Below are positions 13,481-43,606 of a DNA stretch of 64,000 bases, piece after piece (position 1 is the first letter of the stretch; every line of letters begins with the position of its first letter). Under the pieces are notes generated by a model. The model had not been told where the DNA came from. It searched no databases and was given only the letters and a program-made list of their open reading frames with translations. The stretch lies in NCBI GenBank assembly GCA_002269645.1, contig NIVC01001263.1, positions 186,001 to 250,000 on the forward strand, written 5' to 3'. A program made the translations under genes and the position numbers. Source of the stretch: Macrostomum lignano (Eukaryota).

Positions 13481-14833
13481 ATGGATTCTGGAATTCATGA
13501 GAAGTTCAAGAGATGAAGCAAATTACAAAGAGCAACAAACCCACCTAAAAGTGCCCCAAGGTCGCCACAGTTACCTCTTTCTCAGCTTCTACCTTGGCAA
13601 ACAAGGTTAAAATTTTTTTATCTGTCTCTCACACTCCATCGGAGAAATGCAAATGAACAAGGCGAACAGGGAGAAACTCTCTGTTTGCCTGGCCGGTGTT
13701 GCCCTGGCATGCAGCGCTGGCCTTCTTTGTTGGAAAAGAAATCTGCATGCAAACTATTGGAGTATTTATTCAAATATGGCCAAGTGAGTCAGCGAATGCT
13801 CAGGGCCGGCAATTCAACAGTTCATGGCAAACCGCTTTCTGCTGCATTTTTCTCTTTTGTTCGATTTTTTTGTCGAGCTGGGCCGCTTCTTCGCCCTGCA
13901 GTAGGGGGGCAGAAACTCTTTATCGAAGTCGCCTCCTACCTGTCAGCTGGCTGAGGCTGAGGCAGAATGCAATGCAGCGGGAGAGCCAGGGCCACTTGGT
14001 AAACAGTAATCAATGCTCAACCCCTACTGCTAAGAGTGAAGAAGCTAAATGAGCTGATGGCGGAGGGAGGCAGCTGGACTCGCCCGATTCGCACAAATTC
14101 CACGCCCACCTTGGCGAAGGCTGCAGAACAACAAAAGAATTCCATGCCGAACTGTGCGACAAGAGAGCGGGGAGAGGGGGGGGGGGCGGTGATGGACCGG
14201 CTGCTCAGCCCAGGCAAACTCGAGCTCATTGTCACTGGCTTGTCTTCAGCCCTCTTCCCCCCTCTCGCCACTCTGTCAACCCCGACCGCCTGGGTTAAAT
14301 TGTGTCACAGGTCAGCCCGACTCTGCGCGCCAGGCTCTGACCTGCTTTCTCCTCGCTGAGGGTCCGCTTCTTGTGCCTTGCTTGTCGCCTACCTGCTTGC
14401 GGCTGTGCTGAGGCTCCGAACCCAGGTGAGCTCATGGGGGATGAGAGGTAGTTTGGAGCTGATGTCTCCCAACCTGATCAATTTGACAATAAGAAACTGT
14501 GCAGTAGGATGGCTGATCAGCTGATCTATAGGGAGTAGCCTGCAGTCTGAGCAGTTTTTAAAGAGAATTGGTGGAAGTAAGGGTAGAGAAAGACAGAAGA
14601 GGGAGAGCGCAGGGTGCTTAAGAGAGCTGAGAGGAAGAATAGGAAAATAATGAGATAGATAGAGAGAATTAAGGTGAGAGGGTAAGAATGAGGGGGTAGA
14701 GAGGAGGGGATAAGGAGAGAGGTAAAGGGGTAAAGAAAAAAAGTAAGAAGGAGAGGGATAGTGGGAGAGGATAAGAAGGAGAGGGGTAGAGAGAGAGAGG
14801 GTTAGAGGAAGAGGATAAGAAGGAGAGGGGTAG

Positions 14834-16365
14834 TGAAACGAAAAATTATATGGGTTTTTCCCATATTATCGTTTCCTTCTGCCAACAGTTCAGGAAGACA
14901 ACGAACAATGGACCTTCTCTGTGTGATCTCTAGTGTCACATTCTCAAACTTCAGGCGAGGATCTTTCCTCTTCAATCAGTATATTTTATAAGCTAGCACA
15001 CTGTACGCGAGCAACGAGGAATAGGAGCAGTAGGGAGAGAGAGTGGGATTTCGAGGCCCAATAGGCAGTGTCGGTCAGAGGTTGTGCATGCATCACGCGA
15101 GGGTCGCATGGCTGGGCTTCTTGCTCGCCGATCATCAGGACTATTTTTAGGCATGCAGATCTTGTGCATCTGGGGAGTTGCTGCCAAGGCTGGATGCTTG
15201 TTCACGCATCACGCGCGTGTCGGCTGATTTCTCCCATCCTCTTGCTAACGGCGCCTTCGTTTCACTTCAGTCGCTCTTTTTTCAGGGAAGCGAGGCCCTC
15301 CGAGCTCTGTTGAAAATAAGCTTGGAGCAATGATGACATGGCGTACAGTTGTGCATTTGCTTGCAATACGCAGTCCCACTTGGTAACTTGCAGTTGAGTT
15401 GATGTTGTTGAAACACGAAACTTGGTCAAGGGGCAAAGTGAACTTGTGACAACAGTGGATGAATTGTACCAGCATATCCTCCTGACTATTTAATCAGATC
15501 TGAGAGGGGGATTCACGTGAACTCGGAAACTCGACAAATTGAATGGGCTTTTCGATGCCCTAAACAGTGACGCAAATAGGACGGGACACGGAGACTCGAC
15601 AAATTGAAACAGTGTCTGGTAGACAGTCAAATCTGGATGCTGGCTGAAGGTACATTGCAGTTAAATAGGACGTCGGAAAAATACCGTCTTGACCAAATTG
15701 ATTGTGTAGATCTCTCAACGAAAGTTTCTTCTTGGAAGGGTAAACTGCGTCGCTTCTTGATCTTCGTCCATTGGTCTTGTTTAGTTCGAAGTCTTCCTTT
15801 ACTGAAGGCAGGAAAGTCTCAGTTCTCGATTCATTCGAATGGCTGTTGAAGACATGCAGCAGAGCGATAACTGCATGGGGTATCTGAGACTTCTGTCTAG
15901 CGGCGACTCACGCGGTCAGTGGAACCAATTGAAACGAAAAATTATATGGGTTTTTCCCATATTATCGTTTCCTTCTGCCAACAGTTCAGGAAGACAACGA
16001 ACAATGGACCTTCTCTGTGTGATCTCTAGTGTCACATTCTCAAACTTCAGGCGAGGATCTTTCCTCTTCAATCAGTATATTTTATAAGCTAGCACACTGT
16101 ACGCGAGCAACGAGGAATAGGAGCAGTAGGGAGAGAGAGTGGGATTTCGAGGCCCAATAGGCAGTGTCGGTCAGAGGTTGTGCATGCATCACGCGAGGGT
16201 CGCATGGCTGGGCTTCTTGCTCGCCGATCATCAGGACTATTTTTAGGCATGCAGATCTTGTGCATCTGGGGAGTTGCTGCCAAGGCTGGATGCTTGTTCA
16301 CGCATCACGCGCGTGTCGGCTGATTTCTCCCATCCTCTTGCTAACGGCGCCTTCGTTTCACTTCA
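14834..16365 (-). mobile_element. Non-autonomous LTR retrotransposon (TRIM-like), complete
   Basis: Direct repeats 14834..15269 and 15930..16365 (436 bp each, TG...CA, identical by eye). GTAG flanks both ends (14830-14833, 16366-16369) as a 4-bp TSD. On the minus strand a PBS, TGGTTCCACTGACCGCG (15927..15911), lies 2 nt after the 5' LTR, and a purine tract GAAAAAAGAGCGAC (15283..15270) abuts the 3' LTR. The 660-bp interior has no recognisable gag/pol. Confidence 0.92.
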
Positions 16366-16984
16366 GTAGAGGGGTAGAGGGAGAGGATAAGAAGGAGAGG
16401 GGTAGAGGGAGAGGATAAGGAGAGAGGGAGAGGGGTAGAGGAGAGGGTCACGGGATCGAGAGTTGAGATGTGCAGACAAGAAAGTTGCCGAGAAACTTTT
16501 CATTTGCGCATTTTCCTCAGCAGCAAGCTAGACGCTGGCATTTGCTCTGTGAACTCCACGAATTGCCGAAGTACTCAAAGTGCGACAGGGTGGGGTTCTG
16601 AGTACGCAGCCAATCCTGAGTTTGTGCGCTCTTGCTTGCTCTCTCTGCGTCGCTCGTGCTTAAATCTGCTAGAAGACAAGTTTTTAAACAGTCAGGACTC
16701 GAATTTTTTATTAATGCTGAGCATCATCTGTGCAGATTCAGAGATTCCGCTCTAGCAAGCAAAAGCCATATCTCAACTATCTAGAGCTTGGTCTGCCTGC
16801 TCGGCCTCTTGATACTCTAATAGCCAGCTCAGGGCAGTACAGCTTTCGGAAGAAGTGAGCTGGAGCTGTTATGCAACCGAACGGCTTTGCTGTGCCCATT
16901 GTGCTGAGATAGAGAGAAAATACACAAGGGTTGAGAGAAATACTGGCGTGAGAGATGGAATAATCTCAGAGAGTAGATCAGAGA

Positions 16985-17500
16985 TTAGATCAAAGAGTAG
17001 GAGGTGAGAGGTAGGGGACAGATCAGAGAGTGGGGGATGAGAGGTAGGGGACAGATCAGAGAGTGAGGGAGAGAGGTAGGGGACAGATCAGAGAGTGGGG
17101 GATGAGAGGTAGGGGACAGATCAGAGAGTGGGGGATGAGAGGTAGGGGACAGATCAGAGAGTAGGGGATGAGAGGTAGGGGACAGATCAGAGAGTGAGGG
17201 AGAGAGGTAGGGGACAGATCAGAGAGTAGGGGATGAGAGGTAGGGAAAAGATCAGAGAGTGAGGGAGAGAGGTAGGGGACAGATCAGAGAGTGGGGGATG
17301 AGAGGTAGGGGACAGATCAGAGAGTAGGGGATGAGAGGTAGGGAAAAGATCAGAGAGTGAGGGAGAGAGGTAGGGGACAGATCAGAGAGTGGGGGATGAG
17401 AGGTAGGGGACAGATCAGAGAGTGGGGGATGAGAGGTAGGGGACAGATCAGAGAGTAGGGGATGAGAGGTGGGGAAAAGATCAGAGAGTGAGGGAGAGAT
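16985..17500. repeat. 31-33-bp purine-rich minisatellite (GAGGTAGGGGACAGATCAGAGAGTGGGGGATGA)
   Basis: About 15 units just upstream of the first recognisable TRPM exon. Confidence 0.93.
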
Positions 17501-17630
17501 ACCTGACAATTCAGCATGAATGCTGCAGCAGAGGACACTCAGCGCACAGCAAAACCCCCCCCCCCCCTGGTCCAGAACTTGCCGCAGGTGAGAGCAGCAG
17601 CCCCAGCCGCCCAGCACACACGGCGGAGTC

Positions 17631-35782
<18,152 letters not shown>

Positions 35783-37359
35783 GAGTGACGATTTTGATCC
35801 AAATTTGGTGAACGAACTTTATTAACACTGTCAAATTCAACCTTTGCTGTCACTCTCGTCATTGCGAACTGGAGGTCGTGTGCTAACAGGTTGGCACACG
35901 GATGGAGCTGAAATCTGTGACAAACAGCTCGCATCGCTCATTACTCGGTGTTTGAGCCCAGTAATTATTATTTTTTACTCAATCGCTACAAGTACCTGAA
36001 AAAAAATCAATCTGCACTTTTAACTATATCAGTAACCGTTTGTTAATTTCGACACTTTAGGGCACCTGAAATTTTTAACGGCCTTCTTATCCCCTTGATT
36101 TAAACTTGCGCACAACTTAGATTAAGTTTTATGCACCGTAAAATACCTGCATTCCTATCTGAACTTTTATAATGAAAGTATTCAACCCAAATAAACCCTG
36201 CTGTTTTAATATCGTTTGTACGCACCCGTGTAATTTGTTAATCTCAGTTGCTATCAATTATTTAACTTGCAGCCTGGCTACCCGCAACTCAATCAAAGCG
36301 CCGTCTCCACGCTTGGTTAGGGGAGTCGGCGGAATGGGCAGCGATGCCTTTCGCCGGTAGTGTGACAATGTCGCTTGAAGTGCGCCAGGGTGCACACAAC
36401 CCCCTGACTCTAATAGAAAAATCCACCACGGACCCAAAACATGCTGGCTGTAAATGATCTTCACATGGTCACAAGGTGATGAACTTTACAATTTCTGCTA
36501 CCAGCCGAACTATTCTCAAACGCCAATCAAGTCAATGTACTCGTAGTTATTCAAAAGCATTTACTGAAGCCAGAATACAACAGCTATAAAGATGCAAGCC
36601 CAGTGCACTGCAAAAGTGCAGGCTCGTAAGCTGAGTCCAAATTCCTCAATAGCCATTCGATCCGGCGGATGTCCCTCGCTTGTCCGTCAGCCTGAGAGAA
36701 ACTCTAAACCCTCCCCAACTGAAACTAAGGCAGCGGAGGTCAGTTAAAAAACTTTTTATGATTGAAAGTCGCAAATAGCGAAGGTGAAGCTTCGGGAAGT
36801 GAGAAAAAATCCCACGGGAGCCCGGGGGCTTCAATGACTGCCTTTGCGGCATCAGCTGCGTGAGCACAAATTGGGGATTTCACGATCTCAAAAATAATAT
36901 TTCTGATAGCTGTGGCCGCGAGCTGTCCGCCACACGGCTGTGAAAATCGAAAATTTCTTATACTCGCCTTGTCTGCCCGCTAATTGGATTCTAACTCGGT
37001 CTCATGAAATTAAGGAAGTTCTCCAGAGCATCAAAGCCCAGCGAGCCATCATGCCCTGTTGTGATTGGCTGCCGGCTAAAGGGCACTCCGCCCCTCCTTA
37101 TCTCGTGAGGCCCGTGCTATGAAACTGGGAGTCAAGAGTGTTGCGTAATGAGACAACTACAGACTTCACTCTCTTGACATGCGCGGGATGCCACTCAATA
37201 TATTATGGACGAAACCCTCTATTGCACAACAATGATTTGGGTTAAGAGATCAGAAATTTAGAGATAAAAAGTAGCGCACAAATAAAGAATCAATTATCAT
37301 AAGCCAGAGTGCAACATAAATAAAATAACATTCAGTTCTACCCAGCGCAATGTACATCA

Positions 37360-37560
37360 AGAGTACACGCGCATCCGTAGAGTACACGCGCACCTGTAGA
37401 GTACACGCCCACCCATAGAGTACACGCGCACCCGTAGAGTACACGCGCACCCGTAGAGTACACGCGCACCCGTAGAGTACACGCGCACCCGTAGAGTACA
37501 CGCGCACCCGTAGAGTACACGCGCACCCGTAGAGTACACGCGCACCCGTAGAGTACACGT
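37360..37560. repeat. 19-bp minisatellite (GTAGAGTACACGCGCACCC)
   Basis: About 10 units. Confidence 0.93.
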
Positions 37561-38082
37561 ACACGAATAGTCAGTCACGTTCACATTATTGTCAGTAGCT
37601 ACGCGGGTATACGATTGCTCAAATTAATATTTATATGGTTCAAACTATATTGACTACTAGCTTTAATTTGAACCGAATTCAAAGAGTGAAGACTCAAGAG
37701 TGACTTTGTCCGCTCGCTTCAGACGGATCGACGGGGATTAAAGATCTCAAATTTATGAATTCGAACTAATCCTGTCTTTCAATTAATCTGGGCTGGGAGG
37801 GGGGCACGGCTTGGGATTGCTGCGCTTGCATGCTGATTTTAATTTGATCGGATAGGCGAACAGGCAGAAATGAATGAAAAATCGTTAACCGGTACGTTTA
37901 ACACAGACAGGGAAAAGCACGAGACAAATATGTAGTTGAAGCTCCGATCAGCGACCATCGAATCGGCGGTCACAGCTGCGAGTTCTCGCGGTGCACCAGC
38001 GGGGACACGACTCGCAGGCTGCGGCGCTCCTCGTCGCTGACTTCCACATCGTTGTCAAGCTTTCCGGGCCTGCGCCGAGGCT

Positions 38083-39189
38083 TCAAAGCCGACAGCTGCA
38101 GCACCGGCTGCGGGGCGCCAGGACCCGCGCTGAGCGCGCCAGCTGGCCCAGAGCAGTTCGGCGGTGAAGGAGGCAGCGCTGCCGCTGGACGGCGCAGAAG
38201 GCCACCAGGTTTCGCCTGAAGGCGCTGTTCAGAGCCGCGTAGAGGAAAAAGTTGGCCGCCGAGTTGACGGTGAGCAGCAGGTCGGAGATCTCGCGAACTC
38301 CCCGCCGGAAGCTCGTGCCGGCCTCGGTGTAGCCCCAGCCCAGCGCGGACAGCAGCGAGTCCGGCGCGGTCAGCACGATGGCGCACAGGATCACTGCTAC
38401 CAGAGATCTGGTAGCCCGGCCTCTGGCCGCAGGCGGCTTCCGCCTGTTGGCTCGGATGACCCGCAGCGACAGGGCGATGTGCGTGTTGAGGATCGCCAGC
38501 AGCAGCAGAGGGACGAGCGAGCGCAGGCAGCTGTGCACCCGGCCGTACAGCTGGGCCTTGGAGCCGAGGCGGAGCCACAGCTGACTCGGCTGCGGCACCA
38601 GCGTGCAGTTGGCGGGGGCTGAGGAGACGGCGGTCCCGTTTCTGGAGTCGATCGACGCTCGGCCCGGATCGCAGGCAGCTTCGTAGCGCAGCAGGTGGGG
38701 CGCAGTGGCGACCAGCACCACCAGAAACACAGCGGCCGCCGATAGACGGGCTTTTTGCACCGTGAGGCCGCTGCGGCTCCAGCCGGGCTGCGTCACCATC
38801 AGCCAGCGCTCGGTTGCCACGGCAACCGTTAGCCAGGCGGCGCATCCGGCCGAATACTGCGACATGAAGTAGGCGCCCGGATAGACTCGAGCGGCAAAGG
38901 CGCTGACGCCGCAACGACCCGCCAGGGTGGCGGGGAAGTAAAGGAAATCGTTGAGCAGCTTCAGCAGGTCGGCGATGGCCAGCGCGGTAAGGAACGCATT
39001 GGTGCTGTTGCGCATCTGCCGCCTGTTGAACACCGCGATGCTGAGGCAGCTGCCTGCCGCGCCCACCAGGCAGACAACGGGGTACAGCGCCAGAGCCGTC
39101 ACAAGCTGCGACACATCAGCGAAGGTCTTGTAGTGGTCCCGATCTTCCCAGCCGGCCGGAGTGGCGTTGGCAGGCGTAGCTGTCGGCAT
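38083..39189 (-). CDS. Rhodopsin-like peptide GPCR, FMRFamide-receptor-like, intronless (368 aa)
   Basis: Seven hydrophobic segments: TM1 GAAGSCLSIAVF, TM2 NSTNAFLTALAIADLL, TM3 VAVATERW, TM6 CAIVLTAPD, TM7 NSAANFFLY followed by helix 8 AFRRNL; N-glycosylation sequon NAT. First ATG at 39189. Confidence 0.9.
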   Translation of the reverse strand: MPTATPANATPAGWEDRDHYKTFADVSQLVTALALYPVVCLVGAAGSCLSIAVFNRRQMRNSTNAFLTALAIADLLKLLNDFLYFPATLAGRCGVSAFAARVYPGAYFMSQYSAGCAAWLTVAVATERWLMVTQPGWSRSGLTVQKARLSAAAVFLVVLVATAPHLLRYEAACDPGRASIDSRNGTAVSSAPANCTLVPQPSQLWLRLGSKAQLYGRVHSCLRSLVPLLLLAILNTHIALSLRVIRANRRKPPAARGRATRSLVAVILCAIVLTAPDSLLSALGWGYTEAGTSFRRGVREISDLLLTVNSAANFFLYAALNSAFRRNLVAFCAVQRQRCLLHRRTALGQLARSARVLAPRSRCCSCRL

Positions 39190-41151
39190 GTTTGTGTTGC
39201 TTGAGCTCCTTCTAGTGAGCAGTGGCCTTACTGATTGAGTTGAGAGCCTCTCGTTCGGGAACTGCACTGAGAGTCAGTTCAGCTGTGTGGGTGAGAAATC
39301 GCAGCGTAGGCGCAGTGCTGCACTGATTCCTCTGTTCTGTCAGACTTTCAGCTGCAAGGCTCCGTATGCTGCTGGGAGACTGGGAGGCAAACCAGGTGTC
39401 TTTATCTCTTCACTCGGACTTATAATAAGCAGGTAATTCGGGCGGGTGATGAGCAAGTTCCAGCGACTGGCTAGGTCGGGGAAGCGACGGACAAATCCAT
39501 CACGACTCAAACTCGTGATGGAGACTCTAGCCATGATTGGCTGAGCGGCCTCTGAACTGCGCGGCTACCTTAAAGCGAATGGGCAAGACAACGCATCTGG
39601 AATACCTTGCATGCTTATCAGTCACTGAAATGTCATCTGGTCAATAATTATTAGACCTGAGAAGAGAGCGCATCGCTGGGGAGCACAAGATTAATGAGGT
39701 GGATACTTCAGATACAAGGGTTGGGAAACTCGGGGGCGGCAGAAGCACGACACAAAACTACAATGGTAGGTAGCTGTTCCTACGCTCCTAGACTTATCTA
39801 AATAACTAAATGTAGACAATGCTTACCAATATCATTTTTCATATCGTTGTTGACCTAATCTTTAGAAAGCTATCATTGACCTGTACCTGAGTACTCTCGA
39901 AATTTCCTAAGCTGAGTTTGAATGATCCGAGTCGAGTGCGAGCAGGAGCCTGTGAGCGGTCGATTTCGAAGGAAGAGTTCATCATCATCTAATGCACTCC
40001 AGCGTTGCTAAATTAGCCGCAGACATCAATCTTAATGCAGCTCTGGTGCTGCTCTACCCCAGCTCATATCCGATCTCATCCTTTCAGCACGCAATAGTTC
40101 TGTAACTCCCTGCTCCAGCTCACTAGAGAATCATTTCAGTTTCACCCTAACCCTTTTGTCAACCTTAGTTCCTGCACCGTAGCTAAGTTGCTCAGCTTTA
40201 CAGGGACAGTGACAACACTGCAGCCAACTCAATCGCTCGATAGTCTTCTTGTCTGCGTACCGGTCTTAGAAAATCAAAACAGAACAATGGGCTGAGGTTC
40301 TGGAGTCTCGGATGAAGACAGGAAGTACTCGCAAGTAAGTGAATTTGAAAACAAAGCCAGCCGACACAGCTGACAGCACTGTTGACTTGCACGCCTTAGC
40401 CGCGTGAAGTTTTGAAAAACCAATTCAGATCACGGAAAATTTCCCGATGCTTCCTGCAGAAGCCCTGAGGAACTGGCATGCCGGCACAATAGTAAACCAG
40501 CAAAAAATGTACAAAAAGATCCGGACTGAAAATAGTTTTATAAACCGTTGTTTGTAAATTATGATGGTTTATTTGACAAAATGTCTGACTGAGAGTACTT
40601 ATGGCAGTATTGGGACTATTAGTCAACAGCTCAGCTCTACATCGAGACCCTTCTCCGTGTAGGGCAGTTTGTTTGGCCGGAAACTGACAAAAAACACGTG
40701 AAATCTTTTCTGCAGGACAAACAGCTTAGCTTCAATTATAAAAATTATCTTCCAGGCTCAGTGCTTGGATCGGGTGCGCACCCGCATCCCAAAATAACTG
40801 ATAATTTGCCTCTGGCAATTTCCTCCTGCTCAAGCAATTTCTCAAACGTGTCGTACGCAAGAGATTTAAAATGCCAATCTTAAACATTTTAATTGTGTTT
40901 TTCATGCACCTGCGTCAGGTGCCGATTTTCATGCAAACAGACGGGCTGCACTGTAAACAACAATGAACTGCATGTAGATTGAATCGAAGACTTGAAATGC
41001 AAAGTGACAGGCAGTTTCACAGGTTAGTGAATAAGTACATTGAGCTTGATAAACTTAGCCAGAGTCAGTTAGATCGCATTGCCAGTCACTCAGCAAAGAA
41101 TTCCGCCATCGAGCTCTATCTATTCAACATGTATCCTTGGATTGGAGCCAA

Positions 41152-42681
41152 TCTCAGTTGCAGACAACAGGCTCTCAGTTGCAGACAACAGGCTCTCAGT
41201 TGCAGACAACAGGCTCTCAGTGCAGACAACAGGCTCTCAGTTGCAGACAACAGGCTCTCAGTGCAGACAACAGGCTCTCAGTTGCAGACAACAGGCTCTC
41301 AGTGCAGACAACAGGCTCTCAGTGCAGACAACAGGCTCTCAGTTGCAGACAACAGGCTCTCAGTTGCAGACAACAGGCTCTCAGTGCAGACAACAGGCTC
41401 TCAGTTGCAGACAACAGGCTCTCAGTGCAGACAACAGGCTCTCAGTGCAGACAACAGGCTCTCAGTGCAGACAACAGGCTCTCAGTGCAGACAACAGGCT
41501 CTCAGTGCAGACAACAGGCTCTCAGTTGCAGACAACAGGCTCTCAGTTGCAGACAACAGGCTCTCAGTGCAGACAACAGGCTCTCAGTTGCAGACAACAG
41601 GCTCTCAGTGCAGACAACAGGCTCTCAGTGCAGACAACAGGCTCTCAGTTGCAGACAACAGGCTCTCAGTGCAGACAACAGGCTCTCAGTTGCAGACAAC
41701 AGGCTCTCAGTTGCAGACAACAGGCTCTCAGTTGCAGACAACAGGCTCTCAGTGCAGACAACAGGCTCTCAGTTGCAGACAACAGGCTCTCAGTGCAGAC
41801 AACAGGCTCTCAGTTGCAGACAACAGGCTCTCAGTTGCAGACAACAGGCTCTCAGTTGCAGACAACAGGCTCTCAGTTGCAGACAACAGGCTCTAAGTTG
41901 CAGACAACAGGCTCTCAGTGCAGACAACAGGCTCTCAGTGCAGACAACAGGCTCTCAGTGCAGACAACAGGCTCTCAGTTGCAGACAACAGGCTCTCAGT
42001 GCAGACAACAGGCTCTCAGTGCAGACAACAGGCTCTCAGTGCAGACAACAGGCTCTCAGTTGCAGACAACAGGCTCTCAGTGCAGACAACAGGCTCTCAG
42101 TTGCAGACAACAGGCTCTCAGTTGCAGACAACAGGCTCTCAGTTGCAGACAACAGGCTCTCAGTGCAGACAACAGGCTCTCAGTTGCAGACAACAGGCTC
42201 TCAGTGCAGACAACAGGCTCTCAGTTGCAGACAACAGGCTCTCAGTTGCAGACAACAGGCTCTCAGTTGCAGACAACAGGCTCTCAGTGCAGACAACAGG
42301 CTCTCAGTTGCAGACAACAGGCTCTCAGTTGCAGACAACAGGCTCTCAGTTGCAGACAACAGGCTCTCAGTGCAGACAACAGGCTCTCAGTTGCAGACAA
42401 CAGGCTCTCAGTGCAGACAACAGGCTCTCAGTGCAGACAACAGGCTCTCAGTGCAGACAACAGGCTCTCAGTTGCAGACAACAGGCTCTCAGTGCAGACA
42501 ACAGGCTCTCAGTGCAGACAACAGGCTCTCAGTGCAGACAACAGGCTCTCAGTTGCAGACAACAGGCTCTCAGTTGCAGACAACAGGCTCTCAGTGCAGA
42601 CAACAGGCTCTCAGTTGCAGACAACAGGCTCTCAGTGCAGACAACAGGCTCTCAGTTGCAGACAACAGGCTCTCAGTGCAG
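41152..42681. repeat. 19/20-bp minisatellite (CTCTCAGT[T]GCAGACAACAGG)
   Basis: About 78 units toggling by one T; immediately 3' of RWDD3 and overlapping its stop codon. Confidence 0.97.
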
Positions 42682-43560
42682 AACAGAGGGCAGCCAGTCA
42701 GCGCAGCCGTGCTGAGTCATCTCCACCCGCACAGAGTCCGGCTGGCAGCAGGTCAGAGTCTTGAATCCGCTGGCGTCAGATGCGTCCCGCCGACCGGCGC
42801 TCTCGTCGAGCAGCACCGACATCAGGCGCTCCCGACATGGACGCCCGCGCGAGTCGATGTCGACGCGCTCAGTGCGCAGTCGTCGAAGGAATTCTGCCAC
42901 GCGGGCGGCCGGTCCGGCCAGCAGCAGGTGGGCGGCGATGCTCGATCGGCAGTCGTGTAGGAGAACCCGACAACTGAAGCCGGCCCCTAAGCTGTCTGTC
43001 CAGCTGCGCAGGTGAGACAGGTAGATTTTTCGACTGCGCATGTGCTCCAGATGGACCAGGACACACCGCCACGCAGTGGCATCTTGACTGCAGTCTGCGG
43101 AAGCAGGGACACCTTGAGCATCAACTGCCGCAGGACTCACAGTTTGAGACTCGCCGCTGGGTGAGGCGCAATCGGACTCGAGCTCGTCAAGCAGGTCGAC
43201 AAGGACCTGCACCAGCTGCATGAGAGCCGGCGCGCCAGCCAAAGATTCTGCCGACGCAGCTAGCGAACTTGTCACCAGCTCCTCAAGCTGCTTCGTTGAG
43301 CAATCTCGGCCGCAGAGGTCGAGCGATTCGAAGCGGACGCGAATCCCCGGCCCGGCCGAGTCCGGGTAGCCCGGCGCGCCAGCGTCCAGTTCGGCGCAGC
43401 ACCGCAGACGACGCCGCCGCAAGAAGACAGCCAGGCGGAGCGATCGGCTACTGCAAACGGCGCGGCCGGCCGTGGCAGAGTCCGCATCCGCGTCCGGGTC
43501 CGCAGCCAGCAAGTCCGGGAATATGGCGCGCACAGCCGCAACCTCTTCTTCCGGGCTCGA
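42673..43560 (-). CDS. RWDD3: RWD domain-containing protein 3 (RSUME) homolog; coding exon lacks an ATG
   Basis: N-terminal RWD start EEEVAAVRAIF. The C-terminal LVHLEHMRSRKIY..W and VDIDSRGRPCRERLMSVL match RWDD3 (LLHLDHMRAK..Y..W; VDVDSSGKKCKEKMISVL, as recalled). Acceptor TTCCAG|TCG at 43561/43560; the track's start is a TTG and an in-frame TAG lies just upstream. Confidence 0.85.
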   Translation of the reverse strand, partial: SSPEEEVAAVRAIFPDLLAADPDADADSATAGRAVCSSRSLRLAVFLRRRRLRCCAELDAGAPGYPDSAGPGIRVRFESLDLCGRDCSTKQLEELVTSSLAASAESLAGAPALMQLVQVLVDLLDELESDCASPSGESQTVSPAAVDAQGVPASADCSQDATAWRCVLVHLEHMRSRKIYLSHLRSWTDSLGAGFSCRVLLHDCRSSIAAHLLLAGPAARVAEFLRRLRTERVDIDSRGRPCRERLMSVLLDESAGRRDASDASGFKTLTCCQPDSVRVEMTQHGCADWLPSVLH

Positions 43561-43606
43561 CTGGAATGCACGGATTTTATCCGCTTTGGCGCTCAATTTC
43601 TAACAT

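Noticed and set aside
13500-14430. Exon-like segments (ATGGCCAA|GTGAGT at about 13780; ORF 14036..14359) that could be TRPM 5' exons
   Set aside because: No TRPM motif is recognisable and no unambiguous phase link to 17631 exists; left unannotated pending cDNA.
14993-16301. Two identical 70-aa ORFs (14993..15205, 16089..16301) suggesting a duplicated small gene
   Set aside because: They are offset by exactly the LTR spacing (1096 bp) and lie inside the LTRs; there is no coding evidence.
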